DNA of 64,000 nt from an uncultured Angelakisella sp. (GCA_910585535.1 CAJUFK010000004.1:3841-67840), one strand, 5' to 3'; positions 38,100 through 48,138 are shown, counted from the stretch's first letter. Translations and numbers: made by a program. The notes: generated by a model not told the origin, from the letters alone.

Positions 38100-39383
38100 T
38101 TAGCCATGGATCGTCGCCTGAAATCCTGGGTCCGCCTGCTTCAGCTGGAACAGCCGGATGGCTTTGGTGTGAGGGATGGCTTCCCAGACTGTGGACTTTT
38201 TGACCAGACAGGCCAGGTTAATGGGGATCCAGCTCATCACAAAAATCCAGTACCAGGCCATGGCAGGCAGCATCTTCCGGACCGGTTTCCGGTTTATCAG
38301 TACCGCCAGCAGCGCACCCAGAAAAGTGGTGAAGAAGGATAGGTTGGCAGCGAAGAAGATCTGGTAGAAAAGGTCGGTGCAGGGGAACAATCCGTAGCGG
38401 ACGCCCAAAAGATCAAAAAGGAAGCTGCTGCCCACCGCTGTCAGCCCAAGGATCTGGATTACAGGAAAAAGGAAAAACATCAGGCTGTCCAGGCTGAGGC
38501 GGCTTCCCCGGACGGCTCGGGCCAGGAGGGGAAGGGTGTACCGTTCCATGCACTGAATCATGCCGGTGGACCAACGCTTGCGCTGCTTCCAGGACTGGGC
38601 GAAGGTAAGAGGCTGCTCGTCAAAGGTCACCGCCTGGGGCACCCACCAGATCCGCTCCCCGCGCAGGGCGCAGAGGGCGGAAAACTCGATGTCCTCGGTG
38701 ATGGTGGCGGTTTTCCATCCCCCCTGCCGCTGGAGAAGCTTGGCAGAGACCATAAAGCCGCTGCCGTTGATAATGGCATTCAACCCCAAGGTAAAACGGG
38801 CCTGACTGTAGAACAGGTTTACCATCCAGTAGTAAATGGAGTAGCAGCCGGAGATCAGGGTGTCCGTGGGATTCTTGCTGTCCCGGTAGCCCTGTGCCAC
38901 CCGGGCCCCGGCCAGCCAAGCGTCGTTCATCCGCTGAAGAAAATCCGGATGGACCAGGTTATCAGCGTCAAAGACGCAGATGGCGTCGTATTTCTTTTCC
39001 CACCGGAAGATCCGGCCAAGGGCGAAGTCCAGCACCTCCCCCTTGGTGGAGGTGGGCACCGTACAGTCCAGCACGGTGGCGCCGGCCTTGGCCGCAGCCA
39101 GGGCGGTGCCATCGGTGCAGTTGTTGGGGATGACGATAACGTCATAAAGTTCCTGCGGGTAGTTCTGGGCCAGAAGGCTTTCCACCAGTCCGCCGATCAC
39201 CGCCTCCTCGTTTCGGGCAGCGATGAGAACAGCGAACCGGGCTGTGGGCTTTTGGCTAAGATGGCCCCGGGGCTTCTTCAGAGAGAAAAGGGCGGTAAGG
39301 AGGAAATAGGCGGTGTAGGCGGTGGTTATCAGGCTGCAGGTCCAAACCAAGAAGGTCAGCAGCTGGGTCAGTATCTCTTTCAT
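38100..39383 (-). CDS. Membrane GT2 glycosyltransferase (processive, CesA-like)
   Basis: LIAARNEE, FDAD, TED, QRKRW motif, flanking TM helices. Confidence 0.9.
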   Translation of the reverse strand: MKEILTQLLTFLVWTCSLITTAYTAYFLLTALFSLKKPRGHLSQKPTARFAVLIAARNEEAVIGGLVESLLAQNYPQELYDVIVIPNNCTDGTALAAAKAGATVLDCTVPTSTKGEVLDFALGRIFRWEKKYDAICVFDADNLVHPDFLQRMNDAWLAGARVAQGYRDSKNPTDTLISGCYSIYYWMVNLFYSQARFTLGLNAIINGSGFMVSAKLLQRQGGWKTATITEDIEFSALCALRGERIWWVPQAVTFDEQPLTFAQSWKQRKRWSTGMIQCMERYTLPLLARAVRGSRLSLDSLMFFLFPVIQILGLTAVGSSFLFDLLGVRYGLFPCTDLFYQIFFAANLSFFTTFLGALLAVLINRKPVRKMLPAMAWYWIFVMSWIPINLACLVKKSTVWEAIPHTKAIRLFQLKQADPGFQATIHG

Positions 39384-39690
39384 GAAAAGATCTCCTTGTA
39401 ATTCGGCAGCCGGGGGCAGGGGGATCCTGCCTGGGGCTGCTTCGGACTGGGCAGAGGGGGACCGTTGCCCGGCGGTCCCATACTCTCTAAACGAGACAAG
39501 CCTGCCGGAAACTACAAAAAACGGGAGTTTTTTCCCTGCGCCGAAAATTTCTTCCGGGAACCTGTCCCATTCTCTTGTATTCCGCAAGGAAAAAAGGTAC
39601 ACTTTATAAAGACAGACCGATTACAGGAAGGGCCCGCTTCCTTCCGCCGTCAGGCGGGGAAGGGCCCGGGAAATGGAGGAGCCCCAAGAC

Positions 39691-40473
39691 ATGGAAAAGG
39701 ACCGGCGATTTGCGGTACTCATCGACGCCGACAATGTTTCGGACAAGTATATCCGCCTGATTTTGGATGAACTGAGCAACGACGGCACTATTACCTACAA
39801 GAGGATTTATGGGGATTGGACCCGCCCCGCCCTGGGTTCCTGGAAAAACGTCCTTTTGGACTATTCCATCACCCCAATCCAGCAGTACGGCTATACCACC
39901 GGGAAGAATGCCACCGATTCCGCCATGATTATCGACGCCATGGATATTCTTTACACCGGAAACGTAGAGGGTTTCTGCATCGTTTCCAGCGACAGCGACT
40001 TCACCCGCCTGGCCAGCCGCCTGCGGGAAGCGGGAAAGTTTGTCGTCGGCATGGGGGAGAAGAAGACCCCCGCCCCCTTTGTAGCCGCCTGCAACCGCTT
40101 TACCTATCTGGAGGTGCTGGCCCAGCAGCCAGCCGCCGAGGAGGACGCCCCCTTGGCTCCGGTGGCGGGGGAGGACCGGATGTCCCTGCCGGCGATGAAG
40201 GCGGTGATCCAAGCCATTGCCGACGAGATCTCCGACGATGACGGCTGGGCCTCTATCAGTGACATCGGAAACATCCTCATCAAGCGGTTCCCGGACTTTG
40301 ACGTGCGAAGCTACGGATTCAAAAAGCTCAGCCGCTTTCTGGATTCCCTGGGGATCTTTGAGGTCCACACCATCTCCGGACAGGATGGTTCCGCTAAGGC
40401 GGTGCTGGTGCGGACCCTTCCCACCCCCGAGCCCCCGGTCCGGAAGAGCCGCACCTCCCGGAGGAAAAAGTGA
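39691..40473 (+). CDS. NYN-domain (LabA/DUF88) protein with OST-HTH
   Basis: AVLIDADN, GKNATDSAMIIDAMD, VSSDSDF, PDFDVRSYGFKKL. Confidence 0.9.
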   Translation: MEKDRRFAVLIDADNVSDKYIRLILDELSNDGTITYKRIYGDWTRPALGSWKNVLLDYSITPIQQYGYTTGKNATDSAMIIDAMDILYTGNVEGFCIVSSDSDFTRLASRLREAGKFVVGMGEKKTPAPFVAACNRFTYLEVLAQQPAAEEDAPLAPVAGEDRMSLPAMKAVIQAIADEISDDDGWASISDIGNILIKRFPDFDVRSYGFKKLSRFLDSLGIFEVHTISGQDGSAKAVLVRTLPTPEPPVRKSRTSRRKK

Positions 40474-40476
40474 GCC

Positions 40477-41151
40477 ATGACCCGTAAGACCCTTGACCGT
40501 CTGCTTCGGTGCGTTCCCATAGCCATCACCGCCATTCTCAGCATCACCTGTCTGCTGGGGGCGCGGCGGTACTCCCTGGATTCCTGGAACGACCTGCTGA
40601 ACTACGCTCCGCCCTCCCTTTTGGGGGCGGCCCTTCTGCTCCTCTGCGGCTATGCCCTAAAGTCCCTTTCGGTGGTGTTCCCCATCTCCCTCCTCTATGT
40701 GGCCTCCGGGGTGATCTTCCCCCTGTGGATGGCCTGGGGCATCAACCTTGCAGGGCTCTGGGTCTGCGTATCCATCCCCTACTGGGTAGGGCGTATCTCC
40801 GGCGGGGAGCTGGCGGAAAGCATCCTGAGGACCCATAAAAAGGCGGCCCGGGCCGCAAAGATCGTCACCGAGAACCGGGTCTTTACCGCCTATCTTCTGC
40901 GGGTGCTGGGTTTACTGCCCGGGGACCTGGTGAGCATCCTTCTGGGGGCCATGGGGGTCGAATACCGGGGGTATCTCATTGGATCCCTGCTGGGACTGCT
41001 GCCGGGAATGCTCATCCAGACCGCCCTGGGGGGATACGCCGACCGCCCCGCCTCCCCGGTGTTCTGGGGGCTCTGCATCGCCATGGTGGTGGTTTCCGGG
41101 TTCAGCGCGTTGTGGTACGCCCGGTATCGCCGCCAAGGCGGAGAAAAATAA
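40477..41151 (+). CDS. TVP38/TMEM64 (VTT/DedA) membrane protein
   Basis: Hydrophobic profile; LRVLGLLP, YLIGSLLGLLP. Confidence 0.8.
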   Translation: MTRKTLDRLLRCVPIAITAILSITCLLGARRYSLDSWNDLLNYAPPSLLGAALLLLCGYALKSLSVVFPISLLYVASGVIFPLWMAWGINLAGLWVCVSIPYWVGRISGGELAESILRTHKKAARAAKIVTENRVFTAYLLRVLGLLPGDLVSILLGAMGVEYRGYLIGSLLGLLPGMLIQTALGGYADRPASPVFWGLCIAMVVVSGFSALWYARYRRQGGEK

Positions 41152-41171
41152 TCTTTTTTGGAGGGAAGTGA

Positions 41172-41555
41172 ATGGACAGATCCGTTCAGTTTTTGAAAGA
41201 TAGGATCACGGATAAAATGCCGCTGGAAGAGATGGTGGGGATATTTGAGCAGATGTGCAGCACACCGGTCGAGGAAGAAATGATCTTGTTTGAAACAGGG
41301 ACCTTCCCCTTTCCAGGAGGGCCGATGTTCCTGATCTCCCTGGTCAGTCAGTTCCCAAACGGCGAGGAAGAATTTTTCCAACTCCATTTGAACATCTTAT
41401 ATGAGCCCGACAGGGAAAGCGAAAGGTTCCGGGAGGCAGTATGGGATGAAGATATAGGTGAAAACATATTTGACTATATCAGAGGTTCAGAGGCTTTCGC
41501 CTATGCAAAAAAGAGGGAGTACGTCAAGGTGGAAATATATTTGGACGAGACCTGA
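41172..41555 (+). CDS. Hypothetical acidic protein
   Basis: 127 aa ORF with GGAGG RBS; lower GC than neighbours. Confidence 0.65.
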   Translation: MDRSVQFLKDRITDKMPLEEMVGIFEQMCSTPVEEEMILFETGTFPFPGGPMFLISLVSQFPNGEEEFFQLHLNILYEPDRESERFREAVWDEDIGENIFDYIRGSEAFAYAKKREYVKVEIYLDET

Positions 41556-41556
41556 A

Positions 41557-41590
41557 AAAGGCCAGCCGCGGTTTCCTGCGGCTGGCCTTT
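41557..41590. terminator. Bidirectional terminator
   Basis: AAAGGCCAGCCGC...GCGGCTGGCCTTT. Confidence 0.75.
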
Positions 41591-41608
41591 CCTGCGGGAT
41601 GAGGGGGG

Positions 41609-41929
41609 TCACAAGACCTCCGGCGCGTCCTCGTCCTCCGGCGGGGGAGGCGGCTCCTCCTGGCGGTCCAGCTCCTCCAGGTAGCGGTCGTAGGCCTCCA
41701 GGATGGCCCCCTCCAGGGCCTTTCTGGCCTGGGAGGTGATGGGGTGGGCGATGTCCCGGAAGGTGCCGTTTTCATCCTTGCGGCTGGGCATGGCGACGAA
41801 AAGCCGCTCCGGACCCTGGATGACCTTGATGTCGTGGACCGCCAGATCCCCGTCGATGGTCACCGAGACCAGGGCCTTGAGACGGGCGTCGTGGTAGGTC
41901 TTGCGAATGCGGATGTCAGTGATGTTCAT
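41609..41929 (-). CDS. spoVG: Septation regulator SpoVG
   Basis: MNITDIRIRK, LKALVSVT, VHDIKVI, FVAMPSRK, FRDIAHPI. Confidence 0.93.
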   Translation of the reverse strand: MNITDIRIRKTYHDARLKALVSVTIDGDLAVHDIKVIQGPERLFVAMPSRKDENGTFRDIAHPITSQARKALEGAILEAYDRYLEELDRQEEPPPPPEDEDAPEVL

Positions 41930-42030
41930 GGTAAGCCTCCTGTTCTGTCCTACTGGGATTCTGTGGAAAGGTTTGGCAGAACAGAAGGCGGCTATACAAG
42001 GGGGAAGAAATTTTACAGTCCGCCCCGGAA

Positions 42031-42603
42031 CTACGTTGCCGGGGGAAAGCCTCCGAATCCCTCCAGGGCGAAGCCCTCCCCCGCCAGGGAGACCATATCA
42101 TGGTGGTTGAAGCCGATGATCCACCGAAACTTCCGGGAAGCCAGGTAGTAGTCCGGACTCCCCAGCCCCAGAAAGGCGGTTTCATTCAGAACAGCAAGGG
42201 CCCGGATGACCGCCTCCAGCCGCCCCTCAAAGAGCCAGAACCATCCCCCGGCCGGCTCCAAAAGCAGATAGACGAACTGGTCTTCCGGCAGCAGCTCCGG
42301 CAGGCGGAAAAACCAGCTCCGGCAGTCGGTATGCCAGCAGCCGGCCAGGCGGTCCATGGCCCAGGGGCTGTAACCGTTGGTGTTGGCCCAGTGGAGATCC
42401 CGCTTCCGATCCCGGGTTCGGTCGGCAAAGCGATTGGCCAGCTGCTCCAGGATGGACCGCCACCGGTCGCGGCCCACCCGGCGGAAATCTGCCTCGGAAA
42501 GGTCCAGCCGTGCCCGAAGCTCTCCCTCAAACTGGTGGATCATGGGGTTCTTCCGCCGGCGATCCTCCCGGCGCTGCTCCGGGGTCATCTGATCCTCTCT
42601 CAT
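42031..42603 (-). CDS. Hypothetical protein
   Basis: 190 aa ORF coupled to upstream gene; C-terminal DYYLASRKFRWIIGFNHHD. Confidence 0.65.
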   Translation of the reverse strand: MREDQMTPEQRREDRRRKNPMIHQFEGELRARLDLSEADFRRVGRDRWRSILEQLANRFADRTRDRKRDLHWANTNGYSPWAMDRLAGCWHTDCRSWFFRLPELLPEDQFVYLLLEPAGGWFWLFEGRLEAVIRALAVLNETAFLGLGSPDYYLASRKFRWIIGFNHHDMVSLAGEGFALEGFGGFPPAT

Positions 42604-43187
42604 GGCTGCAAAACTCCTTCTCGCCAGACCCCTTCCTCGGTGACCACCAGGGGGATGGAAAAGTCCGTTTCCTCCATGGGGATCCTCTCCTCCAGAAGGG
42701 CGGAAAAGCAGACCAGGGCAGCGGTGAGATCCCCAGGCGCCCAGGTGAGAAAGCGGTCGTAGTATCCGCCCCCATGCCCCAGCCTGCCCCCCTGGCGGTC
42801 AGCAGCGACACAGGGAACGGCGGCAAAGGAGAGCAGTCCCCAGGGGAGGAGAGGCGCTTCCGCCGGAGGCTCCATCAAACCGTAGGCTCCCGGGACCAGG
42901 GCGGAGAGATCTTCCACCTGGCGGGCTTCCATTACGCCGGAGGAGACACAGCGGGGCAGGGCCAGGGTCTTTCCCCGCCGGAGCAGCTCCTGAAGGACCG
43001 GAGTTAGGTCCGGTTCCAGCGCGGCAGGGTAGAAGCCGAAAACCACAGGGGCAGCCTCCAATTCGGGCAGGGCAAGCAATTCCCGGCAGATGGCGGCGGA
43101 GGCCCGGGCCCGATACTCCGGGGAAAGTTCCCGGGCCCGCCGGCCCATGACCCGGCGCAGGCTGGCCTTGGCGGCCTGGATGCTCAT
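42600..43187 (-). CDS. 5-formyltetrahydrofolate cyclo-ligase
   Basis: KASLRR, EPD, LALPR, VPCVAAD..GGRLGHGGGYYDRFL. Confidence 0.92.
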   Translation of the reverse strand: MSIQAAKASLRRVMGRRARELSPEYRARASAAICRELLALPELEAAPVVFGFYPAALEPDLTPVLQELLRRGKTLALPRCVSSGVMEARQVEDLSALVPGAYGLMEPPAEAPLLPWGLLSFAAVPCVAADRQGGRLGHGGGYYDRFLTWAPGDLTAALVCFSALLEERIPMEETDFSIPLVVTEEGVWREGVLQP

Positions 43188-43351
43188 AAGGGGAACCCCG
43201 GCATCCAATCGGGGATCGGTTTGTTCTGCGGCATGAAACGACCTCCTTTGGAACAAAATAGTAGCAGAATTTCGGTGAGAATGCAAGGGCGGCTTCCATC
43301 TTGCCAGGAGAAGCCCGCCGTGATACAATAGGAACAAAAGGAGGGGGAGCT

Positions 43352-43783
43352 TTGAATCGAAATGTTCAGGAACTGCTCAAGGCGGGGCGGTTCGCCATAG
43401 TAGGGGTGGCCAACACCCTGGTGGACTTCACCGTCTTCACCCTTCTGGCCCAGGCCGCGGGGGTCAACGTCTACCTTTCCCAGGTGCTGGGGTACAGCGC
43501 GGGGATCCTCAACAGCTACACCTTTAACCGCAGCTGGACCTTCCGGACGGAGGAGCGGTTTTTCAGTTCTACCCTGGCGCGGTTTCTGGCCCTCAACCTG
43601 TCCATGCTGCTTTTCTCCACCGGCATCCTTTACCTGGCCATCAATCTGGGAGGACTGCCCAAAATCCCGGCGAAGATCATTGCCACTGGGGTTACCATGG
43701 TGGTAAACTTTCTGGTCAGCCGCTTTTGGGTCTTTCGGCGCCAAAGAGAGGGACAGGCCGGAGACCCTGCTCCGCCGTCTTGA
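43352..43783 (+). CDS. GtrA-family membrane protein
   Basis: RFAIVGVANTLVDF, NSYTFNRSWTF, NFLVSRFWVF. Confidence 0.9.
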   Translation: MNRNVQELLKAGRFAIVGVANTLVDFTVFTLLAQAAGVNVYLSQVLGYSAGILNSYTFNRSWTFRTEERFFSSTLARFLALNLSMLLFSTGILYLAINLGGLPKIPAKIIATGVTMVVNFLVSRFWVFRRQREGQAGDPAPPS

Positions 43784-43882
43784 TTTTGCCTTTGGAAAGG
43801 ATTATAATAAAAATTGCCCAAAAGCTGAAATATTCTGCCTTCGGGTATCGTCTATATTTTATGAGAGGAGAGTGATTTTATC

Positions 43883-45049
43883 ATGAAGAAAAGATACCGC
43901 AGCCCTGCAAAGCGCCTTTTGGGCCTGGCCTTGGCGGCGGGGCTTACCTTGGGCGGGACAGCTACCGCCTGGGCTGACGCCATTTCTACTTACAGCGTTT
44001 CGGTGGGCCAGGGGGTGATCTCGATCCTTCGGAGCGGGGCAGTCACCAATAGCTTCCGCACCTCGGTAAACGATGTTACCGCCATGACCGATTCAGACGG
44101 CGACCTGATGGTCTGCTTCAACAACACAAAAGGGGAGTACGTGGCCGTAACCCTGGGCAGCCAGGAGATCGTAAACTTTTACGGTTCCATCGGGACCCTT
44201 TGCCTGGATGATTCCCTGGACCGCCCGGTGGTCATCGGCTCCTCCGCACGGGTCACCAAGCTGAAGGTGGATGCCCCGGTAAAAGTTTCGGTCTGGGGCC
44301 GGGTAGACAGTGGTACGGTGGACGCCGCCGCCAGCATCGTCACGGCCAGAGGCTCCCAGATCAGCAACCTGTATTTTGAGGATTCCAGCGGCCAGCTCTT
44401 TATCAACGAGGGTTCGGTGGTGGATGGAACGACTATTCTCAACAGCGGTGTCAACCTGGGCGGCAGCTCCAGCTCTTCCTCCAGTTCCAGCAGCAGCTCC
44501 AACCGGGATGGCACCACCAGCCGCACCGTGGATGGTATCACCCTGAAGACCACCAAGATCTACGCCGACTATGACGATACCCTGGCGGATCTGTTGGACG
44601 ATCTGCAGGCCAGTGTAGAGGCCTACAACCGCCGGGGCCGCAGCCTGGACGGGGAGGTAAGGTGGAAGGACTCTGACAGCACCGAGGTGGACGACGGCGG
44701 GCGCTTCCGCTATGAATTCATCCCCGATGACAGCGACTACGATCGGGTGGTTTCCACCATTCGCATCGTGGTGGACGAGGATGAGGACTATGAGGACATC
44801 CATCTGGAGTTTGACAAGCTTGTGGTCTCCCGCAGCAAGAACCCCAAGCGCCTGTCCTACTATCTAAGCCGCCTGGAAGACGAGGTGGAAGCTTACAACG
44901 ACGACGGCCGCCGGGTCTACGGCGAAGTGAAGTGGTCCGGCAGCAACAAGCGGGTGGAGGAAAGCGGCGACTTCAGCTTTACCTTCATACCGTACAGTTC
45001 CAAGTACAGGAATGTCCGGGATAAGATCCACATTGAAGTGGTGGACTGA
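43883..45049 (+). CDS. Secreted protein with Ser-rich linker and two repeated acidic beta-rich modules
   Basis: Signal peptide ending AWA; SSSSSSSSSS linker; two copies of VEAYN..GR...GEV.W......GxF.(Y/F).FIP. Confidence 0.75.
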   Translation: MKKRYRSPAKRLLGLALAAGLTLGGTATAWADAISTYSVSVGQGVISILRSGAVTNSFRTSVNDVTAMTDSDGDLMVCFNNTKGEYVAVTLGSQEIVNFYGSIGTLCLDDSLDRPVVIGSSARVTKLKVDAPVKVSVWGRVDSGTVDAAASIVTARGSQISNLYFEDSSGQLFINEGSVVDGTTILNSGVNLGGSSSSSSSSSSSSNRDGTTSRTVDGITLKTTKIYADYDDTLADLLDDLQASVEAYNRRGRSLDGEVRWKDSDSTEVDDGGRFRYEFIPDDSDYDRVVSTIRIVVDEDEDYEDIHLEFDKLVVSRSKNPKRLSYYLSRLEDEVEAYNDDGRRVYGEVKWSGSNKRVEESGDFSFTFIPYSSKYRNVRDKIHIEVVD

Positions 45050-45090
45050 CCGCAATAAAGAAACCGCCAGCGATAGTTGTTATCTGCGGG

Positions 45091-45123
45091 TGTCACAAGA
45101 GGGCCGCAGGCCCTCTTGTGACA
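45091..45123. terminator. Perfect hairpin, probable terminator
   Basis: TGTCACAAGAGGGCC-gca-GGCCCTCTTGTGACA. Confidence 0.65.
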
Positions 45124-45464
45124 GCACAGCTTACAGTCCAGCAAAAGCCAGGACAGGAGCGCCAGGGTGTTGGCCTCCTGCCCTGGCTTTTTGCGTCCAT
45201 TTGTACGCTGTTAGAAGCCCGTTTTGGCAGGCGCAGGTCAAATCACACTGTCCCTATTGACCGTAAGTCTATATACTCCATGCTCCCTATGTGTAACATA
45301 TCTTCCCTTGATTTTCCTAGATAGTGTCGTCAGTAAAAGTGTGATATAATAGTCCTCAAAATAGCAAGGGGGCAGGAAAATGGCGGGAGAACAGCAACGG
45401 CACGACATAAACGATAAAGCACGGGAGGGTATCAGGCGGTACAGCATCGGTGAAAAGGGGACGC

Positions 45465-45752
45465 ATGGCGGTAATGCCGTTCATGTCAAAACTGGGAAAC
45501 TGCTAGGATAACACTATGGCTGAAAATTGCTTCTCTATTCTCAAAACCGAATGTATCTACTGGCCAAGAAAAAAGTCTTTTCAGCAGGCTAGAGATCTGG
45601 TTGACGATTTATTTATTTCTACAACCACGAGCGCATCCAGTTAAAGACGGGAGAAGCGCCGCTTGCACAGCGCTTCTCCGCTTAAAATACAATAGTTCCT
45701 AATTTCCTACCAGGGGCTCTTTTGTGCTGTCCGCACAATCTGGAGTGGTACA
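45465..45752 (+). mobile_element. IS3-family (IS150-like) remnant: transposase OrfB C-terminus and right end
   Basis: Reads PFMSKLGNC*DNTMAENCFSILKTECIY...(frameshift)...YFYNHERIQLKTGEAPL; ends with an IR-like ...CTGTCCGCACAATCTGGAGTGGTACA. Confidence 0.8.
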
Positions 45753-45777
45753 TACCAAAGCCCGGCCTTTTGCGCGC

Positions 45778-45805
45778 AAAAAATCCCCCTCACAAGGAGG
45801 GGGAT
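45778..45805 (-). terminator. Terminator of rpsF-ssb-rpsR
   Basis: ATCCCCCT...AGGGGGAT hairpin with a U-tract on the minus strand. Confidence 0.65.
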
Positions 45806-45866
45806 AAGAAAATCCGCTTAAGACTCCAGGCACAAACGCTATGGCCTGGTGTCCGCACCGGCCGGA

Positions 45867-46109
45867 TCAGTCGCTGACGTAGGGGAGCAGGGCCAGGTGA
45901 CGGGCACGCTTGATGGCCACAGTCAGCTGGCGCTGATGCCGGGCGCAGGTGCCGGTGACGCGGCGGGGAACGATCTTCGCCCGCTCGGAAAGGTACCGGC
46001 GCAGACGGGGAACGTCCTTGTAGTCGATGGTCTCGATCTTATCCACGCAGAAGGCGCAGACCTTCCGGCGGGGGCGACGGTCACGCATGGGTCTTTCAGT
46101 ACGCTCCAT
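45867..46109 (-). CDS. rpsR: 30S ribosomal protein S18
   Basis: [29 protein letters not shown]. Confidence 0.97.
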   Translation of the reverse strand: MERTERPMRDRRPRRKVCAFCVDKIETIDYKDVPRLRRYLSERAKIVPRRVTGTCARHQRQLTVAIKRARHLALLPYVSD

Positions 46110-46148
46110 GAAATGAAACCCTCCTTTTCAGGTTGATGATAGCAATGG

Positions 46149-46601
46149 TTAGAATGGGAGATCGTTGTCGGTCTCCACTTCCTCGAAGTCGCTGGCGGCG
46201 CCGCTGGAGTAGGCCACAGGGGCGGCGGGAGCTGGAGCAGGCATGGCGGGCTGGCTCATAGGCGCTGCCCCGGAGCTGCTGCTCTTGCTGCTGACAAAGA
46301 ATACATTGTCAGCCACCACCTCCACGGCGGTGCGCTTGTTGCCCTGGCGGTCCTCGTAATCCCGGGTCTGGATGCTGCCCTCAACGCCGATGGGGTCGCC
46401 CTTGTGGAAATACTTGGCGACAAATTCGGCCTGCTGGCGCCAGCATACGATGGTGATAAAGTCCGCCTTGCGTTCGCCGTCCTGGCTCTTAAAGCGGCGG
46501 TCAACGGCGATGCGGAAGTTCACCAGGTAGGTGCCGGCGGTAGTCTGCTTCAACTCGGGATCAGCGGTAAGCCTGCCAATCAGGATGGCCTTGTTGAACA
46601 T
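46149..46601 (-). CDS. ssb: Single-stranded DNA-binding protein
   Basis: NKAILIGRLTADPEL, ADFI, C-terminal DLPF. Confidence 0.97.
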   Translation of the reverse strand: MFNKAILIGRLTADPELKQTTAGTYLVNFRIAVDRRFKSQDGERKADFITIVCWRQQAEFVAKYFHKGDPIGVEGSIQTRDYEDRQGNKRTAVEVVADNVFFVSSKSSSSGAAPMSQPAMPAPAPAAPVAYSSGAASDFEEVETDNDLPF

Positions 46602-46613
46602 AACAATACCTCC

Positions 46614-46904
46614 TTACTTGGCGACGATAAGGGAACGCAGAACACCGTCCGTGATCTTGTAAACACGGTCCAGCTCGGCGGGGAACTCGGGGGGGCAGGT
46701 GAAGTTCACCAGCACGTAGTGCCCCTCCACCTCATCCTGGATCTCGTAGGCAAGACGGCGCTTGCCCCAGTCATCCACGGAATCGATGGTGCCGTTCTGC
46801 TCGATGAGGCCCTTGAACTTTTCCACCAGTTCGGTGGTGGCCTCCTCGCCATTCTTGGTGCTAATCACCATAATGGTCTCATAGCTTGCGTTAGGCTTGG
46901 TCAT
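46614..46904 (-). CDS. rpsF: 30S ribosomal protein S6
   Basis: YETIMVI, WGKRRLAYEI, GHYVLVNF. Confidence 0.97.
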   Translation of the reverse strand: MTKPNASYETIMVISTKNGEEATTELVEKFKGLIEQNGTIDSVDDWGKRRLAYEIQDEVEGHYVLVNFTCPPEFPAELDRVYKITDGVLRSLIVAK

Positions 46905-46915
46905 TTCTTTTTACA

Positions 46916-46963
46916 CCTCCTTATGGACATTAGGCCCCGCGGTCTCTCCGGCGGGGCAAGGAG
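46916..46963 (-). promoter_or_regulatory. Probable S6:S18 autoregulatory leader RNA
   Basis: Minus strand CUCCUUGCCCCGC...GCGGGGCC...AAGGAGG: the hairpin pairs with and sequesters the rpsF SD. Confidence 0.55.
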
Positions 46964-46991
46964 TTAGGCCAACAGATGGCATAACACTAAA

Positions 46992-47020
46992 ATTATAGCG
47001 GCGCGGGGCCCTTTTGTCAA
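46992..47020 (-). promoter_or_regulatory. Consensus sigmaA promoter of the rpsF operon
   Basis: TTGACA-17 bp-TATAAT on the minus strand. Confidence 0.85.
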
Positions 47021-47092
47021 GCCCCGCGCCGCCGTTTTTTGGGAAATTTTCGGGGGAAGGGGGTTCACCGGCCGTACCGCTGGCGGTACTCC

Positions 47093-47221
47093 TCAGTCCT
47101 CCACCTTCCGCTTGAAGGGGTATTGGGCGCGGCTGTGCCGGACGATCTCCGCTACCGCCGCTTCCTCGTCCCCGGTCAGGGGGCGGTCCCGCTTGGCTTG
47201 GTAGTAGAGGGAGAAGGACAT
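47093..47221 (-). pseudogene. Short, probably truncated ORF (42 aa)
   Basis: AAGGAGG RBS then MSFSLYYQAKRDRPLTGDEEAAVAEIVRHSRAQYPFKRKVED*. Confidence 0.45.
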
Positions 47222-47262
47222 GGGAGGCGCCTCCTTTTCATCCTGCGGGCAGTGCAGGGCCT

Positions 47263-48138
47263 TTACAGCGTCTTGCAGAACTCCCGGAGGTAGTCCTTGA
47301 ACCCCTCGCCGATCTCCGGATGGGCGATGCCCACCTCCACGATGGCCTCCAGCACCCCCAGCTTGTTGCCCATATCGTACCGCTTGCCGATGTAGTCCAC
47401 CCCGGTCATCCCCTGGCTGAGGGTAAGGGTCCGCATGGCGTCGGTGAGCTGAAGCTCCCCCCCGGCCCCCAGGGGGGTCTCCTCCAGGATGGAGAAGATC
47501 TCGGCGGGAAGGATGCACCGCCCCAGGATGGAGTAGAGGGAAAGGATCTTATCCGGAGCGGGCTTTTCCACCATGTCGGTGACCTTGTAGGTCCGGCCCT
47601 CCAGGGGCTCCACCGCCAGGGAGGAATACTTGAGGATCTGCTCCGGGGTCACCTCCTTGATGCCCACTACCCCCAGGCCGTACCGGTCGTAGGCTTCACA
47701 GAGCTGGCCGATGGCGGGCTTGTCCGGCGGGGAGATGATGACGTCATCCCCATAGAGGACGGCAAAGGGATCGCTGCCCACAAAGCTTTTGGCGCAAAGC
47801 ACCGCATGGCCCAAGCCCTTGGCCTCCTGCTGTCGGACATATTGGATGTTGGCCATCTGGGTGACATCGATAATCTGGCGGTAAAGGTCCTCCTTGCCGG
47901 AAGCCAAAAGGCGGTCCTCCAGTTCAGGAGCCCGGTCGAAGTAGTCCTCTACGCTGGACTTTCCACGGCTGGTGATGATGAGGATGTCGGTAATCCCTGC
48001 CCGAACGGCTTCCTCTACAATGTAGTGGATGGCGGGGCGGTCGACAATAGGGAGCATCTCTTTGGGGACGGATTTGGTGGCGGGAAGCACCCGGGTCCCC
48101 AGTCCGGCAGCGGGGATGACGGCTTTTGTAACTTTCAT
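47263..48138 (-). CDS. galU: UTP-glucose-1-phosphate uridylyltransferase
   Basis: KAVIPAAGLGTRVLPATKSVPKEMLP, GLGHAV, VEKP, GELQLTDA. Confidence 0.96.
   Translation of the reverse strand: MKVTKAVIPAAGLGTRVLPATKSVPKEMLPIVDRPAIHYIVEEAVRAGITDILIITSRGKSSVEDYFDRAPELEDRLLASGKEDLYRQIIDVTQMANIQYVRQQEAKGLGHAVLCAKSFVGSDPFAVLYGDDVIISPPDKPAIGQLCEAYDRYGLGVVGIKEVTPEQILKYSSLAVEPLEGRTYKVTDMVEKPAPDKILSLYSILGRCILPAEIFSILEETPLGAGGELQLTDAMRTLTLSQGMTGVDYIGKRYDMGNKLGVLEAIVEVGIAHPEIGEGFKDYLREFCKTL

Noticed and set aside
44463..44500. Ser-codon repeat as a tandem-repeat locus
   Set aside because: Mixed AGC/TCC/TCT codons encode an ordinary linker rather than a perfect DNA repeat
45465..45752. Active IS3 element
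   Set aside because: Only the last ~70 codons remain, with a stop and a frameshift; no left end or orfA
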